The notes under the pieces were generated by a model. The model made no database searches. It was not told where the DNA came from and worked only from the letters and a program-made list of their open reading frames with translations. This document shows, piece by piece, positions 18,567 through 28,361 of a stretch of 37,310 nucleotides of DNA (positions within the stretch are counted from its first letter, which is position 1; the number at the start of each line of letters is the position of its first letter). The stretch lies in IMG/VR virus record IMGVR_UViG_3300011337_000498, positions 1 through 37,310 of that record; one strand, 5' to 3'. Made by a program: the position numbers and the translations under genes. The stretch comes from a virus. Its lineage: Duplodnaviria > Caudoviricetes.

Positions 18567-19067
18567 ATGAATTTGTATGTAAATGGTAAAGAAAAAAAGG
18601 TTCAGTTGTATGCAATTTTATCGCAAAAGTTATATGAAAAGGTAACACCTGTATTGGATAAATTGGCAAACTCAAAAGGAGCAAATGCTGCATTTGAAAC
18701 TGAACTGCAAAAGAAAATTTTTAGTGATGAATATTTATTATCAAAAATAGATTTATCACAGGGTGTGGATGCATGGAAGGGTTTAGCAAATGATTTTAAG
18801 TTTACTGAAATAGTGACAGAGACAATGTTGTATATAAAGTCAAATTTATTAGAACATATTAATATTGATTCAGAAACAATACCTGATATTTTCACATTTG
18901 CAAAAATTTGTATTGATGTATCTAAAATTAATGATAGTGAATTATTATCATGTATTGAATCAGATGTGAATTCAGAATTTTGGCAGGAACAGGATATAAA
19001 TAATATTTTGGAGCAGTTGAAATTTTTTCGTAACACGGTACTGTCTCGAATCAAATGCAGTATCTAG
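18567..19067 (+). CDS. Tail assembly chaperone (gpG-like)
   Basis: Lies between tail tube and tape measure; AAA TTT TTT CGT near its 3' end. Confidence 0.7.
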   Translation: MNLYVNGKEKKVQLYAILSQKLYEKVTPVLDKLANSKGANAAFETELQKKIFSDEYLLSKIDLSQGVDAWKGLANDFKFTEIVTETMLYIKSNLLEHINIDSETIPDIFTFAKICIDVSKINDSELLSCIESDVNSEFWQEQDINNILEQLKFFRNTVLSRIKCSI

Positions 19068-19323
19068 TTATTTAGAAAATTTGATTGTATTTAATGACCC
19101 TGATGATGATAAATATGTAGATGATGATGAACCTTTATGCATTGTTTATTTAGGTGATGAATTTGCATCTGATTACATGATATTTAGAAATATTGCAGGT
19201 GGCAATGTGATGCAATATAAATATTTAACAGAGGATATTTCACGATTGGAAATGTTCAGAATCTATGCAATGAATCTAACTTACAACAAAGAATTAAACA
19301 ACAGGAATAAAAATGGCAGATGA
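19021..19323 (+). CDS. Tail assembly chaperone frameshift extension (gpT-like)
   Basis: The +1 frame opens right after TGA 19018-19020 at the T6 run; only a weak TTG start at 19081. Confidence 0.65.
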   Translation, partial: NFFVTRYCLESNAVSSYLENLIVFNDPDDDKYVDDDEPLCIVYLGDEFASDYMIFRNIAGGNVMQYKYLTEDISRLEMFRIYAMNLTYNKELNNRNKNGR

Positions 19324-22300
19324 TGTTAAAATTAAAATTGGTATTGATGCAACTGATTTAAACGAAGGTTTAAAGGAGGCGGTAAATGCAGTTACACAAA
19401 CAGCAACACAGGCGGGTTCATCATTTGGAACATCATTAAAAGCGGGGCTATCTGTACAGGCTATCAAAGAAATAGGAATGCAGGCAGCCCAATTTATTAC
19501 TGATGGTTTTAATTATGCCATTGAATCAGGAACTAAATTTGAAACTGCATTACAGAGTGTATCTGCGGTAACAGGTGTAACAGGTGATGGATTATCAGAT
19601 TTAGGAACCAGAGCGCAGGATTTAGCATTACAATTTGGCGGTTCAGCAACTACACAATTAGAAGCATTCCAAACTGTATTGTCTAAATTTGGACCAGATT
19701 TAGCAAAAACACCTGATGCATTAGGTAAGGTATCTGAATCAGTTAACATATTAGCAAAGGCAGCAGGGTTGGATGCTGCACAATCAGTTGATGTATTATC
19801 TAATGCAATGTTACAATTTGGGGTGGATGCATCAGACCCTGCAAAGTTAGCAGATGAATCAGCAAGATTCATCAATGTTTTGGCAGCATCAGCAAAAGTT
19901 GGTGCTGCTGAAATTCCACAGGTCGGCGAAGCTATATTACAGGCAGGTGTTGCTGCATCAGGTGCAGGTATATCATTTGAGGAAACGAATGCAGCTATAC
20001 AGGGATTAGCAATTGGCGGTAAAGTAGGTTCAGAGGCGGGTGTTGGTTTACGTAATGTAATGAATAAATTAATTGATGGTGGCAAAGAGCAAGAGGATGT
20101 ACTTAAAAAAGTTGGTTTATCATATTCAGATTTAGGGAATACATTAACGACATCTGAAAAGGATGGGGGCGGTTTTGCTGCAACACTTGAAAAGTTAAAA
20201 AAGGGATTAGAGACAATTGAAAACCCTGCTGAAAAGGCGGCTGCATTAACTAAATTGTTTGGAGCTGAAAACGCATCATCAGCAGGTATCTTATTGAATC
20301 AGGTTGATAATATAAAGTTGTTTACTCAAGGTGTTACAGGTACAAACGAAGCGGTTACACAGGCGGCTATTAATCAGGATACATTAACTCAAAGATTCGA
20401 GAAATTAAAAGCAACGTTGGAAGTTGGTGTAATTAAAGCGTTTCAGGCTTTTCAACCTATTGTTAAATTTTTATTTGATAATCTTAATACAATAGTTCCA
20501 ATATTAGCACCATTTGCATTAGGTTTAGCAGCGGTTGGTATTTCAGCATTAGCGGCATCACCTGCGTTTTTAGCAGCAACGGCATCCGTAGGGGCATTTA
20601 CAGCATCATTATTGGTTAATCCTGTATTTCTTATTGTGGCAGGTGTTGCAGCGGCTGTGGTGGCAATTGGTGCATTATCTGATGCATTACATACATCTAC
20701 AGGTGAAGCATTAGACAATGCAGAAGCGACATCAAAAGTATTAGAATCTCAAATTAAAGATAATAAAGAAAAACAGGTATCTGTTAATACAACAAAGGCA
20801 TTGACAGAGGAATTTAAAGAATTAGCAAATAAAACAAATCGCAGTAAAGAGGAAACAGAAAGGTTAAGGGACGTTCAAAACAAATTAAATGAAAAGTATC
20901 CAGAGTTAGTAAATAGAACAAAATCATTTGCCGAAAATTTAAAAGGGGTTGAGGAAGCAGGTAAAAAATCTACTGATGAATTAAATAGATTAAAAGAGGG
21001 AGGGCAACAGTTAGAAAAGCAATTTCAGGAATCATTAAGAAATATACAATATGCATCACGTACGAATGCATTAGATATGTTAACATCAGCATCAACGGGA
21101 TTTTTAGGGGGTACATGGACAGATGCACAAAGGCAGTTAACAACTGCAGCGCAAACATTAAAAGCATCATTAGAAAAAGCAGTATCACCTGAACAAGCAA
21201 AGAAGGCGCAGGATATTTATATTCAGGTATTAAATACAGTAGGTAAAGGACAAAAAAACTTTCAAGAATTATATGATTTACAAAACAAAGCAACATCATC
21301 AGCAATTGCCGCATTAACATTTTATGATAAAAAAGTTGTTGAATCAAGTGAAACGAAAAAAGTAATTAAAGATAAAGATGATAAAGATACTGATGATACT
21401 GATAAAAAGAAAAAAGCATCTACTAATGTACAATTACAATTAATTGATTCTGTCATAAAAAAATATGAGGAAAAAATTAAATTTGATGAAAATACTGCAA
21501 AAAAAGAAGCGGAAAAAAATAATTTATCAGAAATTACATTAGAACAAAAAAAGAAATTACTAGAAGATGAAATATCTTTATTATCACAAATAACTGATAA
21601 AAATAATGATAATGTAAAGATATTTGATACATCATATAAATCAGTTGCAAATATAGGTAAAATTTCAGTTGCAACAAATGGCGAAGTTAAATCATCAATT
21701 GCAGGTACATTAACTGAACAACAGAAAGCAGCATCAGAATACAGTAAATTAAATGACAAGTTAACAACACTAAAATTAAATCTAAATAAAATTAATAATG
21801 CATCATCAATAGAAGGTTTTAAAAAAGAATTAGAACGCTTAAAAATTGCAACTGATGAATTAGGAAAATCAGGTGGTGAGGTTCTAACAATTAAAGCTGC
21901 ATTTTCTGTAAACGAGGTTGAATATAAAGCAAAAATTGATGCATTGAATAATGATATAATAGATACTAATAATGATTTGAATACTTTATTATTAAGTGCT
22001 GATGAAACGCAAAAGGATAATATATTAAAGTTAATAAAAAAGAATACTGATGAACAAGTTAAATTAGAACGTGAATCAGCTATATTAATAGAAAGGGTAC
22101 GTGCAGAAAGTATTACAGATGCTGATGCAAGACGTTTGGAAGTATCATTATTAAATCTTAAAATTAAATATGATAAAGAGGTATTGGAAGCGGAAGGGAA
22201 TACAAATAAATTAGATGAATTAAATTCTAAATATTTAGAGGATAAATATAAATTAGAACAAGATTATTTGGAAAAAACCAATATTCTATATGGTATCCAA

Positions 22301-23431
22301 CAAAGTATTCAGAAAGCATTGTTAGAATCATTCAATTTGGATAAAATCAATTTAGATAGAAAGGCTGCAAAGGATGCAAGGGATGCAAAGTTAAAAGAGT
22401 TGCAACAGGAGGAAAAGGATTTAGAAGCATCATTAGCAAGTAAATCAATTACCTTTGATGAATACCAACAGCAGTTGTCTAAAATAGAAAACAAAAGGAT
22501 TCAGGATGGATTAAAAAAACAATCCACAGCTGATGAAATATTGGCTAATGTTAAAATTGCAGGGGATAAAGCATCAGCAGCGGTATTAGGGCAACAGGGT
22601 GAACGGATATTAAAAAATTCACAGGAACGTGCACAAAGGCAAATAATATTAGAAAAGGCGGCTGCGGAGGAACGTATTGCCCTCAAAAAAATGGAAGGTA
22701 AAAAGGGTACTGATGAATATATTGCACAGCAAAAGAAATTAGAGAAGGCGCAAACGGAAGCGGAAAAAAATGATGAAATGACATATGGATTTAGAACATC
22801 AGTATTAGAGGAATTTGCAGGAAAGGCATTAAATCAATTTGCAATTTTGGCTGCATCAGGTAAAGCAACATTAGAGGATTTTGGAAAGGTAACTGTACAA
22901 TTAGCATTTGAAGCGTTACAGAAAATGATTCCTATTTATGTTGTTAGTATTTATGGTGAGGAATTGGCAAAAGGTTTTGCAGGTATTGCAACAGGGGCTG
23001 CATTAACATTAGTGTTATATGGTTTATTTGCAGCTGCACAATCAGCAGCGGGATTTAAAGACGGTGTTGTTAATTTGGATGGTGCAGGGGATGATAGAAG
23101 TGATTCAATACCTGCACGATTATCCAAAGGAGAATCAGTAATAACAGCAAAAGCAACTAGGAACAATATGCCTGAATTAACATTTATGAATCAGACAGGA
23201 TTGCCATTAAGTGAATTTTATAAACGAAATTTGCAACAATCTAATTATTCAGTTGATGAAAATGGGATGTTGTTACGTGAAATAAAATTATTAAGACAGG
23301 ATACAAAACAGTTAGGGAAAACAATTTATAGACAGACTAAAATTGAAGTATCAGGAACATTAACAGGTGATACAAAGCAAATTAAAGCAAGTATTGATAA
23401 ATTGAAACGTGAACAAATAAACAGGCATTAA
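19313..23431 (+). CDS. Tape measure protein (TP901-type core)
   Basis: 1372 aa; FETALQSVSAVTG, GSEAGVGLRN, TM segments, coiled coils and C-terminal SDSIPARLSKGESVI. Confidence 0.95.
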   Translation: MADDVKIKIGIDATDLNEGLKEAVNAVTQTATQAGSSFGTSLKAGLSVQAIKEIGMQAAQFITDGFNYAIESGTKFETALQSVSAVTGVTGDGLSDLGTRAQDLALQFGGSATTQLEAFQTVLSKFGPDLAKTPDALGKVSESVNILAKAAGLDAAQSVDVLSNAMLQFGVDASDPAKLADESARFINVLAASAKVGAAEIPQVGEAILQAGVAASGAGISFEETNAAIQGLAIGGKVGSEAGVGLRNVMNKLIDGGKEQEDVLKKVGLSYSDLGNTLTTSEKDGGGFAATLEKLKKGLETIENPAEKAAALTKLFGAENASSAGILLNQVDNIKLFTQGVTGTNEAVTQAAINQDTLTQRFEKLKATLEVGVIKAFQAFQPIVKFLFDNLNTIVPILAPFALGLAAVGISALAASPAFLAATASVGAFTASLLVNPVFLIVAGVAAAVVAIGALSDALHTSTGEALDNAEATSKVLESQIKDNKEKQVSVNTTKALTEEFKELANKTNRSKEETERLRDVQNKLNEKYPELVNRTKSFAENLKGVEEAGKKSTDELNRLKEGGQQLEKQFQESLRNIQYASRTNALDMLTSASTGFLGGTWTDAQRQLTTAAQTLKASLEKAVSPEQAKKAQDIYIQVLNTVGKGQKNFQELYDLQNKATSSAIAALTFYDKKVVESSETKKVIKDKDDKDTDDTDKKKKASTNVQLQLIDSVIKKYEEKIKFDENTAKKEAEKNNLSEITLEQKKKLLEDEISLLSQITDKNNDNVKIFDTSYKSVANIGKISVATNGEVKSSIAGTLTEQQKAASEYSKLNDKLTTLKLNLNKINNASSIEGFKKELERLKIATDELGKSGGEVLTIKAAFSVNEVEYKAKIDALNNDIIDTNNDLNTLLLSADETQKDNILKLIKKNTDEQVKLERESAILIERVRAESITDADARRLEVSLLNLKIKYDKEVLEAEGNTNKLDELNSKYLEDKYKLEQDYLEKTNILYGIQQSIQKALLESFNLDKINLDRKAAKDARDAKLKELQQEEKDLEASLASKSITFDEYQQQLSKIENKRIQDGLKKQSTADEILANVKIAGDKASAAVLGQQGERILKNSQERAQRQIILEKAAAEERIALKKMEGKKGTDEYIAQQKKLEKAQTEAEKNDEMTYGFRTSVLEEFAGKALNQFAILAASGKATLEDFGKVTVQLAFEALQKMIPIYVVSIYGEELAKGFAGIATGAALTLVLYGLFAAAQSAAGFKDGVVNLDGAGDDRSDSIPARLSKGESVITAKATRNNMPELTFMNQTGLPLSEFYKRNLQQSNYSVDENGMLLREIKLLRQDTKQLGKTIYRQTKIEVSGTLTGDTKQIKASIDKLKREQINRH

Positions 23432-23432
23432 C

Positions 23433-23891
23433 ATGAGTAGATGGCAAGTATTAATTACAGGTTCTAATAATTCAGGATTCAGTATTGGGGATGCATCCAC
23501 AGAAACTATGGAATTACCTTATATTGGAATTGCATGGAATCCTGTACCTGATGTTGTTACAAAAAAGGCATTGAATGGTGATACAATTTCACAGCGTAGG
23601 TTTAGGGATTCATTGACAATTGAATTAGAAGCATCATCAACATGGAATTATGGCAGATTTTCAACCAATGATTTATATACGCTCAAAAATATATTAAGTA
23701 AATTATATTTAAAATTGGAATTAGATGTATATAATAAATCATCCAACAGATGGGGAGGGGATATTACTAACTCATGGCAAACTGCTCAATTATTTCCATT
23801 TATTATTGGCGAAGCTGATTTAACAATTGCATCAGATTGGGCAGCAGGACAAGAAAAGGCAACATTAACAGTTACAAGTGCATCATTATAA
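23433..23891 (+). CDS. Distal tail (Dit-like) protein
   Basis: 152 aa immediately after the tape measure; positional call. Confidence 0.5.
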   Translation: MSRWQVLITGSNNSGFSIGDASTETMELPYIGIAWNPVPDVVTKKALNGDTISQRRFRDSLTIELEASSTWNYGRFSTNDLYTLKNILSKLYLKLELDVYNKSSNRWGGDITNSWQTAQLFPFIIGEADLTIASDWAAGQEKATLTVTSASL

Positions 23892-25690
23892 TGACAACAT
23901 TTAAAAAATACAGATATAGTTTTACTGATAAAAATGGATGGAATTGGAATATTGATATTATTCCTAATAAATCAGTAATGGAATTTGAATATAGTGCAGA
24001 TGTATTAGATATTGTAAATTTACCATCTAATTTTTTTCTGGATGATGCATTATCAATTGCATCTGATTTAGGTGATATACCATGTGGAATTGTTGCTTCT
24101 ACAGGTAAATGTACAATTAATTTATCATCAATTACTGATGCACAATATGATGTATTACGTGAATCAATATTATCAGTTAATGTTGATTCATGGTATGCAT
24201 TACAACAGGGCAATTATGTTGGTGCGTTTGAGACATTAGGAAATTGGGGCGGAATAGAAGCAAATTTCTATTTTAAACCATATAACACATATATATTTAG
24301 TACTGATTATGGTGGTGCACAGGCATCAGGTGTATTCTGGATTGGATGTCAAAAGCCAAACCCTAATAATAAATTAACAGTAACTGAACAATCTAATATT
24401 ATGGTATTTGAAATTGAATTAGATAATCTGTTTAAATGTATATGTGAACAAGTATCAATAAAACAATTAGCAATTGCATTAAGACATAATACAAAAGACT
24501 GCCATGCAGTATTATCATTAGGTGAATTTAGTGAAAAGTTTAGCGGCGAAACTAATTGGAATTTATGGCATTGGGGTGCCCCAAATACACGTGCAAAATT
24601 TAAATCATTCCTTTCATTAAAAAATGATGTATCTAATTTAATTGGTGCAATATTTAGAATATTTATGCACAATACACAGGCATCAGTTAGTTCATTCCCA
24701 TTGCCATTTTCAACATGGGGATTTAGGCAACATACTAATTATGGCAATAATGCCAATATTAGCGTATCAAATAATGATGTTGGTTATGTTAGTGAAATTT
24801 GGATGATGAATAAAACTCCAAATGAATTAAAGGGGGGCGTGCATATAGATGATACATGTTTTAATAAATTTACAAATCTATATGATATCTTAAAAAACAT
24901 TGCTGAATCATCGTTAGAAACGTGGCGAATATCATATACATTTTCATCAATGTCGATACATTCAAATGCTATCTTTGATATATCAACTGCAAATGGTTTT
25001 TTATTAACATCAGGAACTGCATTTTCAGATGTTAGTATTGAATTTACTCAAGGGCGTGGATTAAGTACTGTTGAAGTTAATGTTGAATCAGTAAAAGGGA
25101 AATTTAATTCAGAGGAATATAGATATAATGATTATGGTACTGATGGTGATAATACAAAAACATTAACAACAATGTTCCATAACCTGCCTGTAAATGGTGA
25201 TGAAAATCCAATATCAGATGATTATCAGCCAAAATACCTTTATGGATTTATACCTACAGGGATGATTATTTATCAGCAGACAGGGGATGTTGTTGGTGAT
25301 TATAGAAGGGTTCGTGCTGATGTTGTTATTAAAGGACAAACATTGGCAAGACCTGATAAACGTACAAATAATATAGTTACACAATCTATTTATGAGCAGC
25401 AACAAAGTTGTTCACCATCAATTACTGCAATGGTGTTATTTAATGAAATGAGTAATGCAGGACAATTAATATTTGAGTTTGATACATCAATGATATTACG
25501 TACAAATCCATTACAGCCATTTACAGTTAATTATCAGAGACCAGAGGATGTTGGTAAATCAGCGGTTGTATATATGAATCAATTAAATCCATTTTTGACA
25601 GGTACATATTATCCTATTTTAATGAGTTCAGAAATACAATTATTAGATGGAAGTGTAAAAGTTAAATATTTATCGAGGGGTTCAGAATAA
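23891..25690 (+). CDS. Tail tip / baseplate hub protein
   Basis: Start reassigned to ATG 23891 (TAATG coupling; MTTFKKYRYSF); positional call. Confidence 0.6.
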   Translation: MTTFKKYRYSFTDKNGWNWNIDIIPNKSVMEFEYSADVLDIVNLPSNFFLDDALSIASDLGDIPCGIVASTGKCTINLSSITDAQYDVLRESILSVNVDSWYALQQGNYVGAFETLGNWGGIEANFYFKPYNTYIFSTDYGGAQASGVFWIGCQKPNPNNKLTVTEQSNIMVFEIELDNLFKCICEQVSIKQLAIALRHNTKDCHAVLSLGEFSEKFSGETNWNLWHWGAPNTRAKFKSFLSLKNDVSNLIGAIFRIFMHNTQASVSSFPLPFSTWGFRQHTNYGNNANISVSNNDVGYVSEIWMMNKTPNELKGGVHIDDTCFNKFTNLYDILKNIAESSLETWRISYTFSSMSIHSNAIFDISTANGFLLTSGTAFSDVSIEFTQGRGLSTVEVNVESVKGKFNSEEYRYNDYGTDGDNTKTLTTMFHNLPVNGDENPISDDYQPKYLYGFIPTGMIIYQQTGDVVGDYRRVRADVVIKGQTLARPDKRTNNIVTQSIYEQQQSCSPSITAMVLFNEMSNAGQLIFEFDTSMILRTNPLQPFTVNYQRPEDVGKSAVVYMNQLNPFLTGTYYPILMSSEIQLLDGSVKVKYLSRGSE

Positions 25691-26481
25691 TGAAATTTGA
25701 TGAACTAATTATACCAAATGGAATTGCACGTAAACACATGGGATTTCCCATCAGTAAAACAAATCCATTAGAATTAGCATTAGCATATGAAAGTGAATCA
25801 GAGGTTGATGCAATTGATTCAATCAATGAAAAGTACATAATGACAAATGTGTACCCATATGTCAACAAAGTTGCAACAAATACTGCTAATGCATCCATCA
25901 GTAATAATAAACAGTTATTTAGTAATAACGTATTACAAATGAGTGGTATCAGGGATGCGGTAACAATTGCATCTAATTCAAATTTATGGGAAGTGATTAA
26001 GTTTAAAAACATACACTTTTTATCTGATTCATCAGAGTATTATATTGATTTACCTAATGGTATAATTTATCCTAAAAAGAAAGGATTTTACAGGGTTAAT
26101 TGTACACTTAAATTAGAACATGTTAGTGAGCAGGATTGGACAATGTATGGATTATGTGCGTATGAATTAGAAAGGGGTGTTGTAAATTGGAACAATGTAT
26201 ATAATGCAAGTAATATTATAACATTAGTACAAACACCAAAAGCGGCAACATTAGATTTTAATGGATTCATAAAAATAGGTAATACAGATTCAACAAAATT
26301 TACAGGATTTAGGATGATGTTTGGATTTAGTGACAGAATAGCAGGTTCACCAGCATATAATTTAACAGTTAATCCAGAATCTGCAATTAGTACATATAAT
26401 TTTTATCAAAATGGTTACGCTGCATTAACATGTGAATATGTTTGTGGATTGCAGGAAACTGATGAATTATCAGATATTTAA
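25690..26481 (+). CDS. Tail-associated protein (possible receptor-binding C-terminal beta domain)
   Basis: Helical N-terminus, then KKGFYRVNCTL beta-sandwich-like region. Confidence 0.55.
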   Translation: MKFDELIIPNGIARKHMGFPISKTNPLELALAYESESEVDAIDSINEKYIMTNVYPYVNKVATNTANASISNNKQLFSNNVLQMSGIRDAVTIASNSNLWEVIKFKNIHFLSDSSEYYIDLPNGIIYPKKKGFYRVNCTLKLEHVSEQDWTMYGLCAYELERGVVNWNNVYNASNIITLVQTPKAATLDFNGFIKIGNTDSTKFTGFRMMFGFSDRIAGSPAYNLTVNPESAISTYNFYQNGYAALTCEYVCGLQETDELSDI

Positions 26482-26499
26482 ATTTATTAAGGTTATACA

Positions 26500-26994
26500 A
26501 TGATATTAACATATTATACAGGGCAAACAGGTTCAGATAGATTATCCACATACATGGATTTTGGTGCATTATCTACAGTTGCATATGCAACAGGCGATGC
26601 ATTATTTGACCAATTACAAATATTGAATGCAGGAAGGTATTACGGCGGTACAGGCATCATAAACAGGATAATGTTAACAGAGACATCAACAGGTGCATTA
26701 AAAAGCCCTCACATCAAAGCATTCATATTTGGAGCTAATTATAATGCAGACCAGCAGGCGGCATTCACCATAACAGATACTGAAGCAAGAATGTTATTAG
26801 TTGGTGTAATTGATTTGCCAAAGGCAGATTGGGTAGTACAAGGCGGTACAAATGTAATTTATGCCGATGTAAATTTACCATTTGGATTATATGATTTATC
26901 CACATCATTATATGTTGTATTGGTAGTTCATGAAAATGTTACATTCAATGCAACACATTCAATTACAGGTAAATTAATATTACAACGTGACTAA
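26500..26994 (+). CDS. Putative virion structural protein
   Basis: Last gene of the late operon; beta-rich. Confidence 0.55.
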   Translation: MILTYYTGQTGSDRLSTYMDFGALSTVAYATGDALFDQLQILNAGRYYGGTGIINRIMLTETSTGALKSPHIKAFIFGANYNADQQAAFTITDTEARMLLVGVIDLPKADWVVQGGTNVIYADVNLPFGLYDLSTSLYVVLVVHENVTFNATHSITGKLILQRD

Positions 26995-26996
26995 AT

Positions 26997-27030
26997 AAAA
27001 AACCCCTGATTAATCCCATAATCAGAGGTT
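26997..27030 (-). terminator. Minus-strand intrinsic terminator
   Basis: 12-bp stem AACCCCTGATTA/TAATCAGAGGTT. The C/A mismatch becomes G-U only on the minus strand, and the A-run lies on the left. Confidence 0.6.
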
Positions 27031-27275
27031 CAGGAAATGCGTAGAAATTAGGAAGCATACGCATTTAGATTTGATGTATAACAAGTAATGTTAATACATG
27101 TAGATTGGCAGGAATACATTAATAATGCGATTTTGTTAATGTAGATGCAATCTAATAAATTTATCTGATTCAACAAAATGTATTAATAATTTATTTTGTT
27201 TTTTTGTATCAGGATATTGTAGTAAATTGCAATTACTAATTAATCTTTATTCCGAAGGATTAACAAGTAAAGTCT

Positions 27276-27312
27276 AAAGCCACAAAAATTAAGCTCTTTT
27301 GTGGTTTTTTTT
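27276..27312 (+). terminator. Plus-strand intrinsic terminator
   Basis: AAGCCACAAAA/TTTTGTGGTTT stem running into T8. Confidence 0.8.
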
Positions 27313-27335
27313 ATTTTATTTAAAATAATACTTGT

Positions 27336-27362
27336 TTATATGGGAACATTATATTAGGTTTG
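27336..27362 (+). promoter_or_regulatory. Repeated early promoter/operator 1
   Basis: TTATATGGGAACA, with TAGGTTTG (TAnnTTTG) starting 19 bp after the motif start. Confidence 0.65.
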
Positions 27363-27400
27363 TATCAACAAAAAGAAACAATAACAAAACGGAGACGGAC

Positions 27401-27595
27401 ATGACAACAGGATGTGATGTTTTAAAGAAAAACTTAATTAATGATACTGAAATTGTAATATCAGTAGAGGATGCAATTAATGAATTATCAAATTATTATG
27501 ATACTTCAACACTTGAAGCAAGATTTATGAAAGGTCAAAGGTTCCCAATACCTAACTATGTATATGAAGGTATGCCATATACTATTGATAATTAA
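27401..27595 (+). CDS. Small early protein (64 aa)
   Basis: Start reassigned to ATG 27401 after GGAG; the upstream TTG extension overlaps the promoter. Confidence 0.7.
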   Translation: MTTGCDVLKKNLINDTEIVISVEDAINELSNYYDTSTLEARFMKGQRFPIPNYVYEGMPYTIDN

Positions 27596-27608
27596 AAAAA
27601 ACATTTAG

Positions 27609-27635
27609 TTATATGGGAACAATCTCATATTTTTG
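27609..27635 (+). promoter_or_regulatory. Repeated early promoter/operator 2
   Basis: TTATATGGGAACA; palindrome ATATGGGA-acaa-TCTCATAT; TATTTTTG at the same 19-bp offset. Confidence 0.65.
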
Positions 27636-27675
27636 TATCAGTAATTAAAACAAACATTATTTAAGGAATCAGGAA

Positions 27676-27864
27676 ATGAGAGCATTAATGTCAATTAGAG
27701 AAATTAGAAAAGTATTATATTATACAGAAAACAGAGTACTTGTAAACAAAGTAGAATTGGTAAACGAACAAGCACGTATATTTTTCTATGGTTTTGAAAA
27801 TCAGGATAAGTTGCTTGAAGTAAACACATACGGAACTATCATGATTATTCAGTTAGTAGATTAA
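27676..27864 (+). CDS. Small early protein (62 aa)
   Basis: AAGGA/AGGA upstream. Confidence 0.75.
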   Translation: MRALMSIREIRKVLYYTENRVLVNKVELVNEQARIFFYGFENQDKLLEVNTYGTIMIIQLVD

Positions 27865-27880
27865 ATTTATTATAATTTTA

Positions 27881-27907
27881 TTATATGGGAACAATCCCGT
27901 AATTTAT
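27881..27907 (+). promoter_or_regulatory. Repeated early promoter/operator 3
   Basis: TTATATGGGAACA; GGGA-acaa-TCCC palindrome; degenerate TAATTTAT at the same offset. Confidence 0.55.
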
Positions 27908-27930
27908 AACAAACATTCAGGAATAAAGAA

Positions 27931-28134
27931 ATGAATTATACAATTGAAACTAAATCATTAAATATTAACAATGTTCAGGAATCCTATGATGAATTAAAAA
28001 GACAGCGTAATTATTACAGAGGTGTTGCATGTAGATTAAATCTAATTATTGATAATGCTAAATTTTGGGTATATATAACAATTGCGTTGTTATTATCAGC
28101 ATTAGATTTTGACAAGTTTTTTGAACTATTTTAG
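27931..28134 (+). CDS. Small early membrane protein (67 aa)
   Basis: Coiled coil followed by FWVYITIALLLSAL TM segment. Confidence 0.75.
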   Translation: MNYTIETKSLNINNVQESYDELKRQRNYYRGVACRLNLIIDNAKFWVYITIALLLSALDFDKFFELF

Positions 28135-28142
28135 GAATCTTA

Positions 28143-28361
28143 ATGGAAGGTTATTTATCAGCAAAAGAGACAGCAGATTATTTAAATATTTGCATCAGGC
28201 AAATACGTTATTTGTGTACAGGCAGAAATGTTAAATTGATAAACAAAGTAATATTTTATCCTGCCAAATTCAATGATGTAAAAACATCAGTATCTATTAA
28301 GAATAGAAAAAAGTATTTTATAAATCAGGATGATGTTTACAATTATAAAGGAAGCAATTAA
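28143..28361 (+). CDS. Xis/HTH_17-like DNA-binding protein
   Basis: YLSAKETADYLNIC.RQIRYLC.G...KYFINQDDV. Confidence 0.75.
   Translation: MEGYLSAKETADYLNICIRQIRYLCTGRNVKLINKVIFYPAKFNDVKTSVSIKNRKKYFINQDDVYNYKGSN

Noticed and set aside
23837-23890. Longest-ORF N-terminal extensions (also 27332-27400 and 30256-30336)
   Set aside because: Downstream ATGs have stop-start coupling or RBSs, and the extensions overlap another gene, a promoter or a hairpin.
27336-27893. CRISPR array
   Set aside because: Repeats are 13 bp with spacers of about 260 bp that contain ORFs; no cas genes.
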